A stretch of DNA of 64,000 nucleotides from Nanobdellota archaeon. Lineage in GTDB: Archaea > Nanobdellota > Nanobdellia > Pacearchaeales > GW2011-AR1. The position numbers and the translations under genes were made by a program. Location of the stretch: NCBI GenBank assembly GCA_038044405.1, contig JBBTAC010000002.1, positions 58,547 to 122,546 on the forward strand, read 5' to 3'. Below the pieces are notes generated by a model. It had not been told where the DNA came from, did no database searches, and was given only the letters and a program-made list of their open reading frames with translations. Every line of letters begins with the position of its first letter. Position 1 is the stretch's first letter. Below are positions 56,910 to 64,000 of the stretch, in pieces.

Positions 56910-56995
56910 TTTTCAAGGATAAAATCCAAAATCAAAAAGTCCTTGAGTCTCGTACGGGACTTTTGGATGCTCAAAGTTCTCACGGACTAAAGTGC

Positions 56996-57376
56996 TTAGT
57001 TTCCCAGAACTTTGACATAAGCGTCCAAAGAATACGCGCCAGCTCCTAAGAACAACAATGCAATAGATACTCCTAAAATTAGAAAGTCAAATTCCCATCC
57101 AGGATGTTCTTTAGGAGAGAATTTAACGCCCCACTTAAACATCTTCATATAAATTGCCCCAAGCATTATAATTCCAAAACCAATGCTGGTAAATTGCACC
57201 CATATTCCAGAAATTACAGCAAGTGCGCCAATAGTTTCAAAGAGCCCTAAGAAACGGAATGTAACAGGAGTTCCAGTACCAAATAATTTACGTGCTCCAT
57301 GTAATAAGAAAATCAATCCTACAAACACCCTTAAAGCCAACAATCCCCAATCCTCAAGACCATTCAATATATACAT
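56996..57376 (-). CDS. DoxX-family membrane protein
   Basis: LALRVFVGLIFLLHGARKLFG matches the DoxX N-terminal signature. Confidence 0.6.
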   Translation of the reverse strand: MYILNGLEDWGLLALRVFVGLIFLLHGARKLFGTGTPVTFRFLGLFETIGALAVISGIWVQFTSIGFGIIMLGAIYMKMFKWGVKFSPKEHPGWEFDFLILGVSIALLFLGAGAYSLDAYVKVLGN

Positions 57377-57487
57377 TGCAATATAAAAACTCAGATATTT
57401 ATAAATTTATTGAAATTTCATCTAAAAAACCATTTTTCCATTAAGTTAAGTATTTAAATAATAAAATACTATTTTAATAATATAACC

Positions 57488-57691
57488 ATGAATATGCAAG
57501 AATCAAATTATCAGTATTTTATGGAAACGGATATTAGCAATTATGTAGGGGAATGGATAGCTATTTGTGGGGAGAATATAATAGCGCATGGTAAAAATTT
57601 GAAGAGAGTTGTAGAAGAAGCTAAAAAGAACAGCAAAGGAAAGAAATTTCTACTGGCAAAAGTCCCAAGCGAAGAAACAATGATATTTTAA
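57488..57691 (+). CDS. Small protein upstream of, and coupled to, the aspartic protease gene
   Basis: 67-aa ORF. Its stop is 1 nt before the next ATG. Confidence 0.3.
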   Translation: MNMQESNYQYFMETDISNYVGEWIAICGENIIAHGKNLKRVVEEAKKNSKGKKFLLAKVPSEETMIF

Positions 57692-57692
57692 T

Positions 57693-58115
57693 ATGAGCCT
57701 AACATTTAAGTATAAAAGAGTGAAAAGACCAAATAATATAGAAGTTAAATCTCCATCAATCCCTATAACTCTTTGGGACGCAGGACAAAGATTTGAGTTT
57801 ATAGCTTTATTGGATTCTGGAGCTGATATTTCTGTAGTTCCCCAAGATGTAGCCGAGCTTTTAGGGCTAGATCTTAATAAACCAAAAGAAGAAGCTAGAG
57901 GTATTGGCGGGAAAGTGCCAGCTATCCAAACAAACATGAATATAGAATTAAAAAGATCGCATGAGGCATATAATTTCAGAATTCCTGTAAAAGTTATTTT
58001 AAAAGATGAAATAGAAGAAATGCCCATTCTTTTAGGCAGAGCCGGTTTCTTTGATAAATTCATCGTCACTTTTAATCAAAAAGAAGAAAAGATTACATTG
58101 AAAAGAAATTTATAA
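57693..58115 (+). CDS. Retropepsin-like (clan AA) aspartic peptidase
   Basis: ALLDSGADISVVP D-S-G-A active-site motif, followed by a hydrophobic-G-R region (ILLGRAGF). Confidence 0.55.
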   Translation: MSLTFKYKRVKRPNNIEVKSPSIPITLWDAGQRFEFIALLDSGADISVVPQDVAELLGLDLNKPKEEARGIGGKVPAIQTNMNIELKRSHEAYNFRIPVKVILKDEIEEMPILLGRAGFFDKFIVTFNQKEEKITLKRNL

Positions 58116-58137
58116 ATCTTATCAGTAAATTTATCAG

Positions 58138-58776
58138 TTAGTCATTAACAACAACTACTCTACCGTAACCAATGGAATCAGCAAGATGCCCATCGCCGGA
58201 ACCCCAGCCTCTGCTCATGTACCTGCCGAGGGAAGTACAAGATAAACCTTCATCTCTCATATAATCCCATTTAAAATCATTCAAATCTCTTATTGATTTT
58301 TCTGCCTCTTCTTTTAAGTCAATAACGACGCCATAGCCTGAATCTTCATAATCTGCTAAGGAAAGAACACCAAGAGGAATTAATTTTCCTTTTCCAGGTT
58401 TTATATTTCTGTGTTTTAATTGATCTGTAAGTCTTTTAACAAGTAAATCATTAGGAGCATAAGGGTCTCCTGCTGTTATTAAAGCTAAACCAAAATCGGT
58501 ATAATGTCCTCTTAAAAAATCTGAATCTTGTGATTTCGCATATTCTAAATCATCTCTTGTCGCTAATCTTACCCCCTCTAGAAGTGCATCGCAACTTGCT
58601 AATTGAATAAGCATTAACGGGCTTGAACCAGTTAATTCTCCATCGATTTTGCTGAATTTTCCCAAAGATTTTCTTGCTTTTTCATTATATCCTTTAATTG
58701 ATTCATTATATGCTTCTAAAACAGAACCATCTAAAATTCTTATTATTCCATTTTGTTTTTTAACCTGATTTGTCAT
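58138..58776 (-). CDS. Hypothetical protein
   Basis: 212-aa ORF with no motif. Confidence 0.3.
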   Translation of the reverse strand: MTNQVKKQNGIIRILDGSVLEAYNESIKGYNEKARKSLGKFSKIDGELTGSSPLMLIQLASCDALLEGVRLATRDDLEYAKSQDSDFLRGHYTDFGLALITAGDPYAPNDLLVKRLTDQLKHRNIKPGKGKLIPLGVLSLADYEDSGYGVVIDLKEEAEKSIRDLNDFKWDYMRDEGLSCTSLGRYMSRGWGSGDGHLADSIGYGRVVVVND

Positions 58777-58849
58777 AATTTTTCTAAAGATAAAGTGTAT
58801 TTAAATATTATTACAATAATCTTTTAAACTAAGGGGTTTAAATGCGTGA

Positions 58850-60895
58850 ATGAGCAGGTTAACTTTTGATTCTGAAGGCAGATTAGCAGGTATTGATGCA
58901 GGACCTGTAAAATATAAAGAAAATTTTTCTTGGAAAAAAAAAGAAAAACGTAATTTCAATGAAAATGACGAAGAAGAAAACTTTTCATCTGGACAACTAA
59001 AAAAAACTGAAGAAAGAGTCTGGAAAAAACTTAACAATACACAAGAAAGGGAATACTGGAGTTTATATGAAAATGGAAAAAGATTAGAACCTCTAAAATT
59101 CTCTAATGGAAAGACGCAAGAAGATATTGTCAAAGAAATCGTAGAATTAATTAAAGGGGGAACTAAATTAATATTCTTAAAAGGAATGTGTGGAACAGGA
59201 AAGAGTTCTATTGCATTAAATATAGCTCGTTCATGTAAGGCGGCAGTTGTTGTGCCTGTTAAAAGCCTCCAAAGTCAATACGAAGAAGATTACATGAAAA
59301 AAATGTATCTAATCAAATCAAACGGAGAAGAATTAAGAATTTCCATGATTACAGGACGAAATAATCACGATTCTTTAATCAAACCAGGAGTTTCTTGCGC
59401 AGACCCATCTCTTCCTGAAAATATTCAAATTATAGAAAAGAATTTTAAGCAAGTCAAAGAATATTACATGGAAAACCCATTAATTAAACATAAAGAACTA
59501 GACAATATCAAACAATTCAAAAGAATTTCTATTGCGCCAGCAAATCCTTACTGGAGTCCAATTATTCCTGCGGAATACAATATCCAAATCGGTAATGCCG
59601 AAAAAAAGAAATACATGGGTCTAAGAAATAGAGAATTTACTTTCCATCACAGAAAAAAGGGATGTAGTTATTATGATCAATATCAATCATATATAGATAG
59701 CGATGTAATAATTTTCAACTCTGCTAAATATAAAATAGAAGTGGCATTAGATAGAAAACCAGAAACAGATGTAGATATTATTGACGAAGCAGATGAATTT
59801 CTAGATAGTTTTTCAAGTAAAATGGAATTAAATTTAACAAGACTGTCAAATTCTCTAAAAAACGCTCTTTTCGATGATTATGATGTCCGAGCTATTATCG
59901 ATAGTATTATAGAATTAATTTCTCTGGAGGAAAAAAATAAGAGAGCCATAGGAATAGACGAAGACAAAATATTCCATATAAAGGAAACAAATTTAGGAAA
60001 AATCCTGCAATCATTTACAAAAAATAAAAATGTTGAATCAGAAATTTCCTTAGATGAATTAAACTATGCAAACAAGGGAGTAGAAGTAGCAAAGCAATTT
60101 GTAGACTTTTTAGAAGATACCTATATTACATATAAAAGATATGAAGACAATTTATATGCCAATTTAGTCACGACAGACCTATCAAAAAGATTAGGTGAAA
60201 TATTAGAGAAAAACAAAGCATTTGTCTTCATGTCAGGCACGTTACACTCTGAAGAAGTTCTGAAAAATATATTCGGCATTAGGAATTATAAAATTGTTGA
60301 GGCAGAAACATCTCCTCAAGGAGAAATAGATATTCAAAAAACAGGAAAAGAGTTTGATTGCAGTTATAAAAATTTCAAGAATGGAAATGCATCCAGAGAA
60401 CTATACTTGAAAGCTCTAGAATCCTGCATAGAAAAAGCTGAAAAACCAATGTTAATACATGTCAACGCATTTGAAGATCTCCCAACAAATGATGAAATTT
60501 TCAGATATAATTTAAAAAACTTAATGTCTAAAGAGAAATTAATTGATTTACAAAATAATGATAAAACAGGGCGTTTAGTTTCTCTATTCAAGGCAAAATT
60601 ATCCGACACACTATACAGTACAAAATGTTCAAGAGGCGTTGATTTCCCAGGAGATATTTGCAAATCTGTAATCTTCACTAAATATCCTAATCCAAATGTA
60701 CAAAATAGTTTTTGGAAAATTCTTGAAAAAACACATCCGCAATATTTCTGGGATTTCTATAAAGATAAAGCAAGAAGGGAATTTCTTCAAAGAATTTACA
60801 GAGCATTAAGGTCAAAATCTGATCATGTCTATATTCTCTCTCCAGATTCAAGAGTCCTTGACGCAGTAAGAAAACTGCAGAATGAATTAAATTGA
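58850..60895 (+). CDS. SF2 helicase of the Rad3/XPD/DinG family (Helicase_C_2-like)
   Basis: Walker A GMCGTGKSS. DVIIFNSAKY. DEAD/H-like IIDEADEF. FMSGTL. RGVDFPGDICKSVIFTKYP. Only 2-3 Cys lie where the FeS cluster would be. Confidence 0.5.
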   Translation: MSRLTFDSEGRLAGIDAGPVKYKENFSWKKKEKRNFNENDEEENFSSGQLKKTEERVWKKLNNTQEREYWSLYENGKRLEPLKFSNGKTQEDIVKEIVELIKGGTKLIFLKGMCGTGKSSIALNIARSCKAAVVVPVKSLQSQYEEDYMKKMYLIKSNGEELRISMITGRNNHDSLIKPGVSCADPSLPENIQIIEKNFKQVKEYYMENPLIKHKELDNIKQFKRISIAPANPYWSPIIPAEYNIQIGNAEKKKYMGLRNREFTFHHRKKGCSYYDQYQSYIDSDVIIFNSAKYKIEVALDRKPETDVDIIDEADEFLDSFSSKMELNLTRLSNSLKNALFDDYDVRAIIDSIIELISLEEKNKRAIGIDEDKIFHIKETNLGKILQSFTKNKNVESEISLDELNYANKGVEVAKQFVDFLEDTYITYKRYEDNLYANLVTTDLSKRLGEILEKNKAFVFMSGTLHSEEVLKNIFGIRNYKIVEAETSPQGEIDIQKTGKEFDCSYKNFKNGNASRELYLKALESCIEKAEKPMLIHVNAFEDLPTNDEIFRYNLKNLMSKEKLIDLQNNDKTGRLVSLFKAKLSDTLYSTKCSRGVDFPGDICKSVIFTKYPNPNVQNSFWKILEKTHPQYFWDFYKDKARREFLQRIYRALRSKSDHVYILSPDSRVLDAVRKLQNELN

Positions 60896-60906
60896 AATTT
60901 TAATAA

Positions 60907-61122
60907 TTAAGCTTTAGAAACTTTAGAAGCTTTAGGGCCTTTATCGCCTTGTTCTATTTCGAATGTAACTAAATCTCCTTCTAATATAGAAACTCCTGAA
61001 TTTAGTCCAGTGCTATGAACAAAATATTCGTTTCCTTCGTCACTAACTATAAATCCAAATCCTTTCATTTCATTGAAAAATTTTACTTTGCCTTTCATTT
61101 GATACCTCCTACTCGCATACAA
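60907..61122 (-). CDS. cspA: Cold-shock domain protein (CspA family)
   Basis: KGKVKFFNEMKGFGFIVSDEGNEYFVH gives the RNP1/RNP2 motifs. Confidence 0.8.
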   Translation of the reverse strand: MYASRRYQMKGKVKFFNEMKGFGFIVSDEGNEYFVHSTGLNSGVSILEGDLVTFEIEQGDKGPKASKVSKA

Positions 61123-61246
61123 AATTAGACAAATCGCATATTATAAAACTTTGCTTTAAATAAAAGATACTAATTTTCTTGTTTTTCCTATTATGCATTA
61201 ATAAAGTTTAAAAACAACTTTTTTCTCTGTAATTCGTGCCTCAATC

Positions 61247-61318
61247 GTATAGTGGCTAGTACACTGCCCTGTCACGGCAGAGACCCGAGTTCGATTCTCG
61301 GTTGGGGCGTTTTTCAGA
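61247..61318 (+). tRNA. tRNA-Asp(GTC)
   Basis: Acceptor GCCTCAA/TTGGGGC. Anticodon arm CTGCC-ctGTCac-GGCAG. T-arm CCGAG-TTCGATT-CTCGG. Confidence 0.65.
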
Positions 61319-61464
61319 GCTACAAGCTCTGCCCAATCTCGAATCGAACGAGAAGAGTTTGATTCACTTCAACTTAATAAATAAAAAGTCGAAGTATAAA
61401 TCTCTCAAGTAAAAATCATTCTAAACAATAACCTTTAAATAGTATTGGTTCATAATATTACCAT

Positions 61465-62028
61465 ATGGTACAAAATAAGACCAATTATAAGAAAGTTGAT
61501 TTAGAGATCATCCTAGTTTTAATCAAGGGAGAATCTCATGTTCGCCAACTAGCAAGAAGCATAGACGAATCTCATCCGACAGTTTTGAGAAAGTTAAATG
61601 GTCTCATAAAGGATAATGCTGTAGACTTCAGAAAAGAGGGTAAAAATAAAGTTTTTTTTATAAAAAAAACTCTTCAAGCAAAAAATTATGTCTATAGTGC
61701 TGAAAGATATAAGTTCATGAATCTTTTGAGAAAATATCCTGAACTGGGCATTGTTTTAGAAGATGTTCTTAAAAGCGTTAATGGCCATATGATTATCCTC
61801 TTTGGAAGTTATGCAAAATTTTCAGCAGAAAAGGAAAGCGATATTGATCTATACATTGAAGGAAAAGATAATACATTACGGTCTAAACTTAAAGAAATTC
61901 ATTCAATAATCAATGTTAAAATTGGAGCTTTTGATAGAGATTCTTTATTAATAAAAGAAATTATTAAAAATCATATTATATTAAGAGGAGTAGAGGAGTT
62001 TTATGAACGAACAAAGTTTTTTGAGTAA
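61465..62028 (+). CDS. Nucleotidyltransferase with an N-terminal winged-HTH (MNT-like antitoxin)
   Basis: ILFGSYAKFSAEKESDIDLYI motif. An HTH-like N-terminus. Overlaps the downstream HEPN gene. Confidence 0.55.
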   Translation: MVQNKTNYKKVDLEIILVLIKGESHVRQLARSIDESHPTVLRKLNGLIKDNAVDFRKEGKNKVFFIKKTLQAKNYVYSAERYKFMNLLRKYPELGIVLEDVLKSVNGHMIILFGSYAKFSAEKESDIDLYIEGKDNTLRSKLKEIHSIINVKIGAFDRDSLLIKEIIKNHIILRGVEEFYERTKFFE

Positions 62029-62488
62029 ACTGAAAAAAGAAAAAGTGCTAAAGAGCGTAGAACCTTCTGAAGAGATTAAAGAGTCCTATTTGAAAAAAGC
62101 AAGTGATTGTCTTACAGCAGCTAAAATCCTGTATAATAATAAATTATATGAGAATTCAATTGGAAGTTCTTATTACACTATGTATGATGGATTAACAGCA
62201 TTATTGTTTAAAGTAGGGATTAAATGTGAAAATCATAATGGATCAATAACTATTTTTAAGACCTTGTTCAATCAATCTGAACTCTTAAAAATTATTGTCT
62301 TTGGAAAAGAGGAAAGAATAGACAAACAATATTATCCTAGTTCAAAAGATAATCCTGCACCTACTGAAGAATCTACAAAGGATATGATTTCTAAAGCTGA
62401 AAACTTCTTAATAAAAATAAGAGTTGTGATGAATTCTCTTTCTCAAGAAGAGATTATTAAGTTAAGGGAAAGATTTGAGAAAATATAA
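62003..62488 (+). CDS. HEPN-domain protein (classical HEPN, partner of the upstream NTase)
   Basis: Helical pattern ...YLKKASDCLTAAKILYNNKLYENSIGSSYYTMYDGLTALLFKVGI typical of HEPN. 26-nt overlap with the NTase gene. Confidence 0.45.
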   Translation: MNEQSFLSKLKKEKVLKSVEPSEEIKESYLKKASDCLTAAKILYNNKLYENSIGSSYYTMYDGLTALLFKVGIKCENHNGSITIFKTLFNQSELLKIIVFGKEERIDKQYYPSSKDNPAPTEESTKDMISKAENFLIKIRVVMNSLSQEEIIKLRERFEKI

Positions 62489-62535
62489 GTGCTGTGGCAT
62501 CAGTTGGGGCGTCTTAATAATCGAACAATCTAAAA

Positions 62536-63381
62536 TTAAAATCTAAGTTCAAGATAAAGTCCTCCAAAAGGAAAAATTTTATTGACATCAACTTCAACAT
62601 CCCTATTTTTCTTTTCATAATCTACAAATCCTGCTCCAAATCTAATGCCCCATCTTAAAGCCCAATCTACACTCATACTCTCAATTGCAACATAAACACT
62701 GCTTTCTTTAATATCCCCAATTTTAAATCTTTTATCTGGGAGATCTGGATCGCCCAAAGTATCTATTCCATTTATTACTTCTAAACCATATTCCCTATAT
62801 CCTCCACCCAATACAAACCATCCATCGCCCTTTTCAGTAAGTTTTAAATGAAAATCTCCTCTTAATTCAGGTATAAAGAAAGGTTCATATCCTGCTCCAA
62901 AATATGCACGTTTATGTCCCTCTTTTGAAAAATCTTTCTGTAAATTTTCGTCATGTTCATGCAAACCAAATCCTCCAAACAAATAAGAGCAATGAATATT
63001 TCCAGCTCCGTAAATATCAAAAAAAAATCTTTCATGTAATCTTGTTTCCAATCCTAATTTTCCAAATCTAAAGTCTGTAAGTGTCCCTGGTGATACTGAA
63101 TTGCCGTTTACCAAAATATCCTGGCCATAAGTGCCCTTAACAGTTCTCATTCTTTCAGGAATTCTTTCTATTTTATTTATAGGCATACCTGCTTGTACAT
63201 CCAAACTTAAAGATATAATAGGTTTGATTATAGAATCCTTGTCTCTTCCAAAAAATTTTGCACTAGTTAATTCAAAATTCTTTTCTGGCTCCTTAATTTT
63301 AATTTCTTCACTAGTGCTGCATCCATAATTCAAAGATAATAAAGTAGTGCATAATAATCCAAACCTTTTCAAATAGCTCAT
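62536..63381 (-). CDS. Putative lipoprotein or secreted protein of unknown function
   Basis: Signal peptide with Cys (LSLNYGCS). C-terminal aromatic-rich region ending in F. Confidence 0.3.
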   Translation of the reverse strand: MSYLKRFGLLCTTLLSLNYGCSTSEEIKIKEPEKNFELTSAKFFGRDKDSIIKPIISLSLDVQAGMPINKIERIPERMRTVKGTYGQDILVNGNSVSPGTLTDFRFGKLGLETRLHERFFFDIYGAGNIHCSYLFGGFGLHEHDENLQKDFSKEGHKRAYFGAGYEPFFIPELRGDFHLKLTEKGDGWFVLGGGYREYGLEVINGIDTLGDPDLPDKRFKIGDIKESSVYVAIESMSVDWALRWGIRFGAGFVDYEKKNRDVEVDVNKIFPFGGLYLELRF

Positions 63382-63478
63382 TAAAATTTTAAATTAAATA
63401 ACAATTTAAAGATTATGATATCAAATAATATATAATATAGTCTTAGAATAATTTATCTAAATTATCATTTAATAAAGT

Positions 63479-63763
63479 TCAACCCTTCGCCTTCGTATAA
63501 ACCTTGCTAACATTAAAACTCTTATAGATTCCTTCTAAAATATCAGTTCCAGCATAGCCAGAAAGCAAAGACAATCTATAATCAAAGTCGAAAACTATCC
63601 CAACAAAAGTTCCTATAACTGTCGCTATAAAAACAGTAATTAACCAATAAGGCCAAATTATTCTCCTCCTTAAAGCCAATGCCTTCAATAAACCAACAAT
63701 GCCTCTTGTTAACCCTCCTAACGCCCCAAGAGATGCAGATACTACAATTATATCTATTGCCAT
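63479..63763 (-). CDS. Small membrane protein
   Basis: Three hydrophobic helices. Its ATG overlaps the upstream gene's stop. Confidence 0.25.
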   Translation of the reverse strand: MAIDIIVVSASLGALGGLTRGIVGLLKALALRRRIIWPYWLITVFIATVIGTFVGIVFDFDYRLSLLSGYAGTDILEGIYKSFNVSKVYTKAKG

Positions 63764-63981
63764 TACTTCTTCCTTTTCCCTTCAAGCTTATCTATTCTAG
63801 CTTTATGTCCGCGTGTTTCCTGAATAAGATGCCCAATTACGGCAACAATAATTGCAATTACAATCCACATCCAACTATTATTCCACAATGCAAAAATTAA
63901 GATAATTCCCGCAATAGCATGAAGTACTGCATTAATAGGATATTTATGCCACTCAAACATTTTTTTAATATAGTCTTTCAT
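63763..63981 (-). CDS. Small membrane protein
   Basis: Two hydrophobic helices. Confidence 0.25.
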   Translation of the reverse strand: MKDYIKKMFEWHKYPINAVLHAIAGIILIFALWNNSWMWIVIAIIVAVIGHLIQETRGHKARIDKLEGKRKK

Positions 63982-64000
63982 TTTCTTCTCAATCTCCCGC

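Noticed and set aside
60364-60678. 104-aa minus-strand ORF inside the helicase gene
   Set aside because: Antisense to a CDS with helicase motifs. Spurious.

Overview
This is an AT-rich (roughly 30% GC by eye) archaeal chromosomal window. It mixes housekeeping genes with many small accessory modules.

Archaeal markers read from the sequence:
- a group II chaperonin (thermosome);
- ribosomal proteins L35Ae, L10e and an L7Ae-S28e-L24e operon;
- an archaeal-type ThrRS and a GluRS with HIGH/KMSKS motifs;
- a class-III-signal-peptide pilin-like protein;
- intron-containing tRNA-Tyr and tRNA-Gly, the tRNA-Tyr starting with a C1:G72 pair.

Other housekeeping genes:
- PEP synthase;
- adjacent gyrB and gyrA;
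- HtpX, LemA, an Ogt/MGMT domain, DoxX, a VIT1/CCC1 transporter and a cold-shock protein.

The accessory content is dense:
- at least three HEPN/minimal-nucleotidyltransferase pairs, plus two larger paralogous nucleotidyltransferase-fusion proteins;
- VapBC, RelE/ParE and DUF2283-type pairs;
- a NYN nuclease;
- a PHP-like protein;
- a 1572-aa giant cell-surface protein with beta-helix, metallophosphatase and MopE-like Cys-repeat regions;
- many tightly coupled operons of unknown proteins.

Structure not explained by genes:
- a ~115-bp highly structured element present twice in inverted orientation about 18 kb apart;
- a partial duplicate of the 3' part of tRNA-Val carrying a 47-nt palindromic insertion, flanked by paralogous membrane-protein genes;
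- a 20-nt motif recurring downstream of two tRNAs;
- tandem ~50-bp repeats in a divergent promoter region.

No CRISPR array or canonical integrase/transposase was seen. The small-genome, possibly DPANN-like, lifestyle is an inference. It rests on the gyrase, heavy toxin-antitoxin load, giant surface protein and many small coupled ORFs. All calls are from motif recognition by eye. No database searches were run.
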